Assembly (NCBI GenBank): GCA_026023565.1
Contig: JAPETS010000009.1
Coordinates: 434,001-498,000 of the forward strand
Direction of reading: 5' to 3'
Length of the DNA stretch: 64,000 nucleotides
DNA from: Cirrosporium novae-zelandiae
Taxonomy: Eukaryota
Below the pieces are notes generated by a model. The model was not told the DNA's origin. It worked only from the letters and a program-made list of their open reading frames with translations, and made no database searches. Positions 25,620-37,819 of this stretch are shown here, piece by piece. The position numbers and the translations under genes are program-made. Within the stretch, counting starts at the first letter, position 1. The number at the start of each line of letters is the position of its first letter.

Positions 25620-26990
25620 ATGAATGGGTCTTGGGATATGGAGTAACTCATATACCTAGCCGACCAGAGCTATTTATTCAGAAGGCGACCCGGCTCCCGT
25701 AGATTCAATATATCCAACTCAAAAAAAAAAAAAGCTCCACCCTAGACCCTGTCGAAAACTTCTGTGAGTTCCATAATTTTGAAAATGTGAATGCCCACAG
25801 GTTGAAAAAACAGCGCACATCAGTTTTCCAGCAGGTGAGATTATTATATCAATTCCGGAGGATATATGTCGCCACTGAAAGTTAAAAATCATCGAGTAAC
25901 TCGGTGGGTGGGTGAAAGTTATAATTCCATTCTTGTACAGTACCGTAGTGTTGGGCTCCTAATACGCATAGTAGTAGGATGTCCTTTCTGGACAAGTAAA
26001 GGTTGGCCGGGCTGAAGGGTTCACAAGGGGACCCGAAGTTCATCGAATGTGGACCGGACGTCAAACGGAGAAGAGAAAGAGAGAGAAAGAGGAGCACGGC
26101 TATTGCTATTGTTTGTTTTTTTATTGAAGAAAAAGCACATCATCATTATTATTAAAGCTAGAGAGATCCAGATAGTATCAAAGGCGAGCATAACGGGAAT
26201 TTACCATCGGGATATATTGTTATCGTACGGCTACTCGGCTACTCTAATCTCAGCTTGAAGACCTGATTTTTGAAATATCGAGAGTAGGAAGCCCGCCCAG
26301 TATCAGCTTTTCGATCCAAAAGTGAAATCACTCATAGACCCCCCCCCACCTACCTTTTGGAAATGGCGTTAAGAATTTGAGGGAAATAGAATAAAGCTGC
26401 TTTCGTCATATATATATATATATATATATTTATTTATGTCCCTGCAATAACCACCAGCATTAGCATGGTACTTGGAGTTTGGTTTATGTTGAACGCCGCC
26501 AGAGGAGAGTATCAGACAGACAGATAGACCTTGGGCAGTGGTGTAAAAGAGTGCTCCCGTTATCGAGGTGCCAATAAAGCTAGGCCCACAGTTTGGGAGA
26601 AAGGGAAAAAAAAACACTATACAAAAAAGCAGATAGAGAGAATAATAAAAAGTACCCTTTACTAAAAGCGAATGCCTGTAGTATATGCATACACCTAAGA
26701 TAAAATTTTCAAAATGAAAATGTGCGAGGACAATTAGGCCAGAATTAATCGTGGAGTGCTCTCTTATGTATTGCAGGAATGATGATATAATTGTGTGGAA
26801 AGTACCAGGGCCGATAGAATGCCTCATGGAATTATCAGTATGGTGTTTAGGAGGCTGTCTAGTAGAAATCTTAGCAGATGAAAAGATTGATGCTCTTGTT
26901 TCTTTCTTAGGTTTGGTTTAGGTATAGGCCCTGAGATGATTGATTATAAGGTAGCATAAAGAAATGTGCCTCGGGCCAAAAAAGTGGATT
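25620..26990 (+). ncRNA. TER1: Candidate telomerase RNA (TER); ends approximate
   Basis: Template-like ACCCTAGACCCT at 25739-25750. 5' boundary helix GAGCT 25667-71 / AGCTC 25733-37. Helix GTCGAAAA 25751-58 / TTTTCGAT 26308-15 is crossed by TGATTT 26264-69 / AAATCA 26325-30 (pseudoknot topology). Enclosing helix GGGTCT 25626-31 / AGACCC 26336-41. No credible ORF. Confidence 0.6.
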
Positions 26991-27078
26991 AATTTATTAC
27001 ATTTCCTACGGGTATCATAATCAAGTATCTAGATGGGCATACTACGAACAGGGCTAATGCCGGCATCATGCTCTATAA

Positions 27079-29345
27079 TTATCGCATCCTCTTTAGAGTA
27101 TTAAGAGTAAATATAGGTCCCTCCTCCCCTTCCTCAAAGACACTCGGAGGCGGAAGCATCACTTCCCCGGAATTATCCGCAAAGAGCTGATTATCGGGAA
27201 TCTCTTGATGCGACGAATCATCATCGGGCCTTGATGAAACAAAGCTGAGCGAGGGCCTTTCTTCACCCAACATCCATGAAAAATTGGATGTGGCGAGCGA
27301 GGCACGAGGAGATAACGGAGCGGACTGTGGAGGTAGTTTTGAGAATGGTGTTTCAACGATAGAAGGTGTTATTGGCGCTGAATCAGAGGAACTTGGCACG
27401 AGCCTGGGCTGGGGCTGAGAAGTTGGGGCGGCTGTTAGGGTGGTTGGCATTGATGATTGAGCATCAGCTACAGCATCCTGTTTCACGTGCTTCAAGACTG
27501 TTGGAGGGCCGAAATCTCGAAGTTGTGAGATGACAGATTTAATTTTTGTTATCGCCGTGTCAAACTGTTCGTTAATGTCTTTTTCATCCTCTCTAGATCC
27601 GTTTTGGCTGGCTGCTTTCTCACGCGCCTGCAACTCTTCAACTGCGTTCTCAAGTTTCTCTGCAAGTAATCGGTCCCTCTCCTGAAGAATTTTTGAACTC
27701 GCCCTAGAACGGGTAGGTCTCACGGGTGCAGAGCGAGATTCAGATCTCGATGATCGTGATGCGTGTCTACGAGGTGATACTTGTGTTTGAATACTTTTCC
27801 TGACCTCCCCTGCCGCGTCTTGAACGACTTTTCTCACATTCCAGGCTTCAGTGCGCTTTTGGAAACTGTCCAAGACTCCATGGAATACACTTTCTGGGTT
27901 TCTTATCGACCGTAAGGGGTCCTCAAGAGACTCTTTGGAAGCAGATGCTGGAGTTTTAGATCTTTGAGGTCGTACAGGCAATCTGATATGCATCTTGGGA
28001 AACGAACCAGGTATCGACTCTGGACGAGGCCTCTTGGGTGCTTTCCCTGAATACTTGAGGATTAGAGCTGCACCACCTTCGGTGTTTAAATTTTCCCCGA
28101 GGTAGATAGCGTCGTAAACTAGAATAGAAGGTCCTTGCTCTATTTCAGTGGGATAGCGAAGGAGAAGAGCTAGTGCGCTAGAGTAATCTGCTCGAAGAAG
28201 CTTCCACCGAATACGGAGGAGCATAACAACGCAGATAAGATCCACTGTCTTCAACTCGGGATCCTCCGCAAAAAGCGCATCCCATAAGGAGAGTACGTCG
28301 TCGAATGGAAATTCTCGGGAAAATAGGAGACGGACCCAGCGTATGATAAAAACTTGAGGCAAAACGTCTAGTTGGGTCAATCGATCAGCTAGCTCGGGAT
28401 CTACCTTTGCCAAGAGGTCTTCATGTATCTTTTTGCTCCGTGCAACAATGGCCGTATCACCCTGATTCCTTCTCCTTTCCCCTCCAATATTTTCTTCGGA
28501 GTTGGAGGAGTGTTCATAGAAAGGTTTTGCGCATCGCATGATTAGGCTGAAAAGCGTAAAGGCATCATGCTCGATGAAGTCTGCATTGAACAGGTCTTGT
28601 ATCAGAGATATATTCTGTTCCTCAACATGCACCGACTCTATATCGGATTTTTGTATTGCATCACGTTCAATGACCCATAACAATGGAGCCAAGAGTTCAT
28701 GCATTCCCTGCCGGTAGCCGACGTCCTCGTTCAGCTTGGTGTAAACGAAAAGGATATTGAGGAGCATAGTCTGAGTTGAGGGTTCTCTAAAGAAATAATT
28801 CTCTTGGTAACATCGTTCAACATCTTGTATGATTTCGGTTCGAAGGTTTTCGTCTTGACGGATACTATTCCATGGGGACTTTTATCTCTTAGTAAAGCGA
28901 AATTGTCAGAGAATGTGTGTCGACCACAGGGGGGACAGTCCCACCTCTGCATCGTCTGTCAAGGGATCAAAAATAGAATCGAATTCATTGGGATCTTGTA
29001 TTCGTTTCAAGAAGTGTTCTCGGAGGGAAGAATATGCGCTTCTAGAACCGGACAGTTTTGTAGCCCAGGTCGATTGTTCGAGGTCTTCGAAAAGGAGGAA
29101 TGCCTTGGGTGATGATTATGAGCTTGGAAATCGGCAACGGAACGTGGTATTTTGTAGGATTGTACCTTCCAACATGCGGATCGTGATCCGACGCCATCCT
29201 GAGAGCATTTTATTGCCTTTTTAAGGTCCGAAAGCTGTGAGCCATGCGAGAACAGTAGTTTCCAATCTTCACTAACGTTTGAATGGGGTCAGAAAGGCAA
29301 CCTTGTATGCATGACAACGTACCAAGTCTCAGCAAGCGACTTCAT
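27079..29345 (-). CDS. Rab-GAP TBC domain protein (TBC1D5-like), 4 exons
   Basis: Exons 29345-29323, 29271-29166, 29103-28945, 28878-27079. Motifs RSACWKAFLL, IIQDVER (R-finger), YRQGMHELLAP (Q-finger), IRWVRLLFSREF. Confidence 0.93.
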
Positions 29346-29858
29346 GAGGCCCGCAAGTCTCTGTCTTTGATATTGGAGGATTAACTCAAGTTCGGTCGCG
29401 CAGTCAAAGTAAGAATAATATATTGTTAAGGAGAGGGATCTTATATCCCTTCTAAAGCACTCACTCCCTTCACGATAGAAAATAGTCGGTAGAGAAATCG
29501 TGAAAGTGGCTATACTTTTACTACTTTCAAGAGAGAAATGTATTTATTGAATCAAGGGTGAAGGGGCCTCCTTGGGCTGAATACCTGCTGCTTATCTTAT
29601 CAGTAACCTTAACTTCCAACCATCAAGAAGTCATCTGAACATGAGCCAATAAACGACAAAATATACAAAACTCACAGAAAGTATAAATAAGAGGATAGAC
29701 TATCTTGTTCTGATTAGACAGTAAATTTGTTTTGTTTGTTTTATTTCTAGAGTCTTAATGGGCTCAGTGTTCTAATGTTGCAACTCAACCATCAAGAGTA
29801 TAAATACCCAACCGATCCCTCCCGCTCTAAAGTTTTCTATTTATGCTTTCCGCCTATC

Positions 29859-32800
29859 CTATCCTTTCATCGTCTTCATAAACTTCTCCAGGTCATACTC
29901 CTCTTCGTACTGCCTGTCATCCCAAAGCTCCTCCAAATCATCTAACCATCCCTTCTTCCCCTTTTCCTTTACTGTTCCATCTGCCTCTAGCATGTCTTCA
30001 TCCCTAGGGTCTCCGTCCTTTCCTCCTGCATCAGTAGTCTCTCCAAGGTTGAAAAGATCGAGAATTTGATCTGTGGCCATGGTATTAAGACCTGCATTTT
30101 GCTGGTTTACCACTGTTGAGGCAACATCTATCTTAAAACGTTGAAGGCTGTTTAAGGAAAGTTGAGGTTAGTGGCTGGTATTGTGTATACAATATGAAAA
30201 TATCGTTGGGGTACTTACTTGAGAATTTTCTCTTCCAGCGTTCCTCTCGTAATCAACCGATATACATTGACAACCTTCTTCTGCCCAATTCGATGTGCAC
30301 GATCCATCGCTTGTAAATCTTTCTGCGGATTCCAATCATGCTCCACAAAGATAACGGTATCCGCACCCGTCAAATTAAGACCCAGACCACCCACGCTAGT
30401 TGTAAGCAAAAGCACATCATAGCTCGGGTCCGAATTGAATTGATTAACAATGCTTTGTCGTTTATTAGCTTCGACGCCTCCATCTAGACGCAAGTACTGA
30501 ACTGAAGGAAGAAGTTTTCGGAGAACATCATTTTGAACTATATCAAGCATCTCCTTCATCTGACAGAAAATGAGGGCGCGATGTTGGCTCACGTAATTAG
30601 CAGCGTTGAGGTCGCCATCATTGTCGGAATTAACGCCAATGCCGCAGTCCACAAGCAAGTCGCGTAGAGCGTTGAGCTTAGGGGCATGCGAAATATCGCG
30701 GAGATTAGATTTTTCGTGTGCGAGTTTGCGCTGGATGGCGTCATATTGTTTATGGCCTTGTTTGACGACGAGTGCAGGAGAGTTGCATAGTTTTCGCATG
30801 TATTGTAGAGCTTGGAAGATGTGTTGTTTTGCTTCCTTGTCGTCACTGCCGGCTTTGTCGGCCAATGCCTTCTTTTCCTTCTTGGAAAAGTCATCGAACA
30901 GAGATTTTTGTAGGGGACTGAGGTCACAGTAGTAGTTTTGGATGATTTTAGGAGGAAGATCGTTGAGAACTTCTTCCTTGAGGCGACGGAGGAGAAATGG
31001 TAAAACTTGTTTATGAAGAGCCTCGAGGGCAAGAGCTCCGGCTTCCTGTTCTTTTGATGACGATTTACTAAAACGGCTTGCAGCGATAGGTTTAGCAAAG
31101 CGGTCGAGGAAAACCTTTTCGGTTCCTAAGAATCCGGGCATTAAAAAGTCAAAGAGAGACCACAACTCCAGAACATTATTTTGGATTGGAGTACCAGATA
31201 GAATAAGCCGATGGTTACTTCGTAGCTGCTTAACAGCTATTGTAATCTTGGCTTTCGGATTCTTAATCAGATGACCTTCATCCAGTACACAGTAGTTCCA
31301 GTTGATCGGCTGGAATTCGGCCGCATCATTTCTGCAGACATCATAAGATGTGATAACAATATCAACTTTGCCAAGCCGCGGAAGATACTTTTGGCGTTCG
31401 GAGCGGAGCCCAACATAAGCTAGGCATGATAAAAATGGAGCGTATTGTTTGATTTCTTGTTGCCAGTGCCCAGTCAGGCTAGGCGGGCAGACAATGAGAG
31501 AGGGCAAAGGACGAGTGTCATCTGCTCCAGTACTATTATATTCCTGTTGACGGTTATAATGGTCGCTTGCAATGATACAAAGTGTTTGCAGGGTTTTGCC
31601 GAGACCCATATCATCACAAAGAATACCGTGTAGGTGATACCGGTTCAGGAATGCTAGCCAGTTGACACCATCTTGTTGATATGGTCGAAGCTCCGCCTTA
31701 ATAGCAACCGGAATCTCGAACGCTTCAACCTTTTTAACGTCTAGCATCTGAGTGATGAACTTTCTCTCTCTCTCCCGTCCCTTCAACAACTCTTCTGAAA
31801 AACCCGGAGGATCTGGGATGCCTGCTTCTAAGGGGACAAGCTTCACAAGCGTTGCGAAGGCCGTTGTCGCAAGAAGTCGAACATCATTTTCTGAATCACT
31901 CATTCGTCCGAGGACAGGTACAATGAGGAAAATAACATAAGGGAGAATGCCATCCCCCATCACTTGGATTAAGTGGTATATGCACTCAATCGCGCCTTGT
32001 CGATAATTAATATCTAAAGCATTGTTGATGTTCGGCAAAATCTTCTCTATAAGCAGTGTCATGCCTTCAACGGGCATAACGCTACAAATGGTAGCAAAGC
32101 ATTTTGCCCCAGCGTACCTGAAAACGGATAGAGTGGATTCAAGAGATTGAACGATCAAGGGCACAAGACTCAATATCCAGGGGTGTATACCAGGATGAAG
32201 CTTAGGAGCAAGAGCCCTCAGAGTGGAAAGAGCATCAACGGTCTCCTGTCCAAGATCGTTATCGGAATCGTCAGAGTCGACAGGCATCCAATCTCTAAGG
32301 CTCTTTTGCATTGGTGATTCTATCAAGGATTGCAGACTTGGAATCTTCTGGAGCAACAGGGCAGCAAAATTGTCAGCCAGTTGTTCAAGGGCTTCTTTAG
32401 CACCGCGACGCATGATTCTCGCCGCCTTGACTTCCTTCTCATATGTAGTTGGATCAGGATGATCTTTTCTATCTTCCTCCTTCCGTAATGATAGGATACT
32501 TTCCGTAAGATGAGCGTTATATCGGAATTCAGGGGTTTCCGACGTATCGACACAACAGTACTTAACGAGGTTTGAAATAATCCTATCAACAGGGCCACGA
32601 CGCTCGGAATTTGCGTAATGCTGGATGAGGGAAGCGATGCCTGCGGCAGCGCGTCTCTGAAGAGCAAATTCCTCCTCTGTCTTGATACTTTCCATCATAG
32701 CCTTGATAACATGGCTCGGTTTTTTAGGAACTTCAGAAAAGGCAACCAGTGCCGCCGCAGCAGCAGCGCGAATCCGGTTATCCCTTCGATCCTTTATAAT

Positions 32801-35799
32801 GTTGGCTTCCTCAAGAGCCGAAAGTGCAGCTGTGCGAGCATCGTCAAGAGGTTTTTTCGCAGTGAGTCTTGTAGCAGGGTTGAGCCCCTTCTGAAGGCGC
32901 TCGAACCCTGGACCAAGAATCTTCGCGGCATCTGCAAGAGAAAAGGCATTTGGACCTGCTTCACTGTCGCCTTGGACAACAACTGCAGTTGTGGGCAGTT
33001 TTGATGATGGAACACGAGCAATATCATGAAAAGTATTGAGAAGGGAGTGACATTGTGAACGAACAAACTGGAAATGTCGGACGATGTCACGATACCCTAA
33101 AGGCCGATCTTGCTCGATCATGGCGGTTAAGACAGCCGGGTAATTGCCCACCATTGGCTTATTTGGGCTGGCTGCTCTTGCATACTCTTCTAAAATCATA
33201 CATCCTGTAAGTTGAGTTGATGAAAAAGGTGACCGTGGGAAACTAGCAAGCTGGGCCTCAAAAACCCCAAGTACCGTATCTTCAGGCCAAAGCTTCATTG
33301 ATAATCCAAGGGCTTTAGCGGCATAGATTCTTGATCTATGCATAATATCCTCGCCTACCAGGTCAACATCACCTTGAATCATGGGACCATCGACATTGTG
33401 AGCCGATGGAATGGGCTCTTCTGTCTTTGCGGCAGCAGGTTTGCGGCCCCTTCGTGGCTTCCCGTCAGTATTCGTGGGAGCAGCCGGTCTCCCACGAGTA
33501 ATGTTATATGATGAATACACCAAGCCAGAAGGTTTCATGAACAAGGTAGGATCCATTGGTATTGGTGATCTGGTTACTCCGATTGGATGCAAAGCCATAG
33601 CAACCATTGCTGGTAAATGAGGAAGCATTTCTGCTGAGAATGCCTGACTACTTATAGAAGCCAAGGATTCTGAAACGGCTGTCCAAACTTCGAATGACAG
33701 TTTCAAGACAGCTTCGTTACGTTCCACAAGTAAATTCTGGTAAATTAGTCGAAGAGCTTTTCCATCGATCCAGTCTTTTGAGCCAGGTGTATCGATTTTC
33801 AAGAAGGTTAGAAGAGCACGCAAAACAGCTGATCGTACACTCGTGATGGTATGTCGAAGAAAAGGAAATAGTCGTGGCACTAGAAGCTTGAAAGATTGTT
33901 CTGGGTCAGTAGCTGCATTCCTTTTCATTGCTTCCAGAACTTCAGGAAAGCTACAGAGCTTAGCCAACAAATCCATGATTGAGCCCGTGCTTGCACTTAG
34001 ATCATCTGTAAGATTAGAGAGACCTTCCCAGACAATATTGATAAGAACATTAAGAGAATCTGGTCTAAGACTGACGAATTCCTGGGCAATAGGAATTAGG
34101 GTAGCTGCACTGACAGCCCGGACATCATCATCGGCATCACTCAACCCTTTTATAACTGCTTGTATAAGACTGTCCATGAGACCACCATCCTTGACTAAAA
34201 GATCTTTCCTCACAGCCACAAGATACTTCAGACCAATCATGCCACCATGACATACCTCCCAGATAGCGGTCCCAAGCCCGAGTTCGACTTGCATAATCAT
34301 CTTATATAGAGTTGTGTACACTGAATGGACTAAGGGTGGTGACAAATGCACTAACAGCGCACCGAGCGTCTGGCCAACGGTTTCTCGGATTGGGGCCACA
34401 ACATTGTCAGAGATATAATCGCCGAATCGATCTAGGAGGAAGACACAGCAGATGCGACAAGCAAGATCATCCAACCATCTCTGGTTCAAAATGTCGTTCT
34501 CTGCCCTTGTCCTGCCGAAGACGCGCCCAGCTCCACCCCCATGCACTCGTACCACTTCTCGAAGTCCCATAGCCGCTCCATGTCGAATTTCCCACTTGTG
34601 GTCAAAGAGGTCGACCATTAAAATCTCGCAGAGTCGTTCGAACGGCCATTCCAATCCTTCCGCCTCAGTATCCATCTGTATTGCAGGCTTTTCTAGCATT
34701 ATTGGCCCTTTAAATTCCGACACTACTTTAGTATCATCATCGCCACCTTCTCGCTTTAGAGAAAAGTAATCTGGTTTGGCATCGACACCGTCCTCCGCCT
34801 GCGGCTCTAATTTTATCGGGTGTGGTTCTGCATTGACAGGAGTTTTAACGGGGTCCGAGCTGCCTTTTCGAGAGGTGAGTTCGACTAGCCTAACCTTGTT
34901 GGATAACTTGGCGTTCGCCTTGTTTTTTCTTTTTAGCTGGTTTAGCTGCCGTTTGCTTAGGCCAGACTCATCGATTGGAGTCTGTACCGGGGAAAAATCA
35001 TGGGACGACATTGTAGAATGGGGGGATGGCATCGCAATGCTACTCTGGCGACGTAGGGCGGCTGATGTATCTAAGCGAGGTCCTGGAGTTGACGGGATTT
35101 TGTGTTGATGGTCAGGCGCGAAATCTTTCTCATCAACCAAGTCTTCCTCCATGTATTCTCCGCCTAATCCTAAACGAGCAGCCAGATTTCTCTTCTGGTG
35201 TTCTAGGCGAGCTGCTGGGTCAAGAGAAGCAAGCGAATACTCATATTCTTTCCCTGCGCTCCCGAGAAGCTTCTTGCCATAGGCTAAAATGGATTTGATA
35301 TCCAAAGTCTCTAGCTGTAACTGGTCATCACTAACGGAGGGAAGGGCTCTGGAGATGGGTTCTTTCTTGATGTCTCCATCATCAGCGTTTGGATCCCAAC
35401 GATCAGCATGCTCAACTATACCCCCAATAGCTTTAGCAGCAGCAATCCGAGTATCCCACGACTTAGATTGAATAAATGGGACTACCCGAGATAAAAGATT
35501 AAAGAGCTCATCAGGATGCTGTTTCTGAACATCGGCAAGCTGCTGAGCTGCTGTATTTCTGATTAACTGAGTACTTCCAGTTTCCAAGAGTCTACAAGAT
35601 GGTCAGCTAAATTAAATTGATCTGTTATAGATGTCAGATTAGGATGAACTCACGTGACAAGGCGATCAAGTCTAGAAATTGAAATTAAGTAGCATGTTAG
35701 TAAGCGAACCCAATAAACGGTAGGAGCTTTGGGGGTTTTCTTTCCAAAAGCTTTCCAACAAGGTTTTTTCTTTTCTTTTGTTACTTACCTCGAAGTCAT
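29859..35799 (-). CDS. MOT1: TBP-associated SNF2-family ATPase Mot1 (BTAF1), 4 exons
   Basis: Exons 35799-35789, 35671-35654, 35591-30219, 30147-29859 give MTSRLDRLVTLLETGST..., HEAT repeats, GILCDDMGLGKT, DEGH and QAMDRAHRIGQ. Confidence 0.98.
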
Positions 35800-36907
35800 T
35801 ATGAACACCACCAATTTTGAAGAGAGGGTCAACTTAAAGGAAAATATTTAAGTATTAAAATATTTGAAATTGAAAAACCTCAAAGATAGAGATTAGTAAA
35901 TCTGAAGGTCATCAAGAGACATGATGATAATGACGATGACAGTTGTGAATTATTATTTTTGTTGATGTTCAAGCCAGAGCAAACATAAACAGTTGTTGTC
36001 AGTAAGCATGGGGATGGATGGAGGGGGGGGGGTGGGGGGGGGGTTAAGGAGGAATTTGTTGGATGTTGATGGGATGAATTTTACCTATGGGGGGGGCGTT
36101 GGCGGGATTCCAGCTTCTTTTTATCGAGGCGCAGGCCGCTGTTTTTATGCCTTCCCTGTTGGTTCCCTGTTGGTTCCCTCGCCCGTCACTGGAAGGCAGG
36201 GTTCAACATTAAAGCTAATGCCAAATGTGGCTTAGTTTAATACTTTACCAGTAGATCCGAAATCTGTTCTGACTCTTTTTCTTAGTTCCCCTTCTTTCAG
36301 ATAAAAAAAAATAAAAAAGCCTCCCTAACCTTCCATTTGTCAAACATAGGTCACTACCTTGCAGTGCTTGCCTCATCAGGGGTTCTCCCCTCTCAAATCA
36401 CCTCCCCTCCATGGTCCAGTCCAGTCCTGCAGTCTTGCACAGGCCACAATCTTATTTACTCAATACATATAAATAAACCCTATTGTTTTCAAACATGTGT
36501 CATTCTTATGCTGATGTTGCCTAGTTATTTTCATGGCTGCTTACCTTTAAAAAGTCTGTCTATTGCTTCAAGGCCATATCAATATAGAAATAACTACTTG
36601 ATATCATATATTTTCGTTCATGTCCTCTACTTGGATTATTCTCGCCCAAATGGACCTTTGTCCTTGTACAGTAATTACATATATTCACACCACTTGATAG
36701 AAACAAGCCTAGGGTGAGTTTGACAAGATGTACCAGTACATTAAAGGCGGATTGCGACATCTTCAAATTTCAGAAAAGGAAAAGCACCAAACTTAATTAG
36801 TGGTTTGATATTCTTCTAGGATAGTCCAGCACAATATGGTAGATCAATCAACATGGCTATTTCATCCATCCCAAGGGCTCATCGGGTATCGAGATTATCA
36901 TACAATA

Positions 36908-37355
36908 TTATTTTGTCCCCAGCACAGCTTTTGTGTCTTCCTCCTTGTCTAGCAGGCCCAGGTTCCTAATTGCTCCAATCTTCGGTGTTTCTCGCGGATG
37001 AGCTGCCTCTGCTTTGCGGTAAGCAGCTTGTAGGGCCTTGGTTCTAGCAGCCTAATTATATCGGTCATTATTTCTTCTACTGTCTGGCTTAGCTCAATTG
37101 ATGCCAATACAAACCTCTTTCTTGTGGTGAAGGCATTCATAGTAATCTTCCAAGGCACCAGTGCATTTCTTCTTCCCCGAATCATCGTCGGTATTTGTGT
37201 TCACCACGTAGCAGGCGAGAAGTTCCTGCCAGAACGGAAAACATCTTGAGGGACCTAGAAGTAGACTGATTAGTCTCGGCGGGTTAATCGGCTAGAAGGG
37301 AACAGCAGAAGCATCCAAAGAGCTTACCGCCAGTAAGGCCGTAACCTGAAGACAT
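36908..37355 (-). CDS. NDUFS5: NADH:ubiquinone oxidoreductase NDUFS5-family (11.5/15 kDa) subunit, 3 exons
   Basis: Exons 37355-37328, 37254-37115, 37050-36908 give MSSGYGLTGGPSRCFPFWQELLACY...KKKCTGALEDYYECLHHKKE (twin CX9C); not correctly shown in the ORF track. Confidence 0.93.
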
Positions 37356-37819
37356 ATTGAAAAAGGAAACAAGTGGAAGGGATTGCGGACAGTTGAATAT
37401 GAAGAGCAGAGTGTATAGAGTAGTCGTCGTCAAGCTTAGAACAGCCTTGTATGGCAGTGCCTGACTGGATGGGGTTTCTGCTTGACCTCATTCGCTATCC
37501 ATACAAAGTAAATGGGGAAAGAGTACACGGACCACGGCTTTTCGGAACAAAGATATTCAACTGATATTATTACGCTAATAATGCTCTAGTCCCCTTCAAG
37601 AACAATGCCGCTGCATCTTGAGTTCAATCCAACCTCCAGCTATCAATCATTCTCCTCCTCTTCCCCTTCATTCTCCCCTCCCCACCTATTCAACTTGTTT
37701 AGAACTTCTATCTCTTGGGTTGGGTTGACTACTGTGATCTCCTTTCTACCGTAGTTCTCTATAACCGAGAGCATAATATTTATCTATTCTTCGAAAGACC
37801 TTATCCAAGGACGGAAACT

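Noticed and set aside
25721..26070. Minus-strand Pol III RNA (RNase P/MRP or SRP) ending at the T13 run
   Set aside because: No RNase P/MRP P4 consensus or SRP helix-8 motif found, and G-U pairs favour the + strand.
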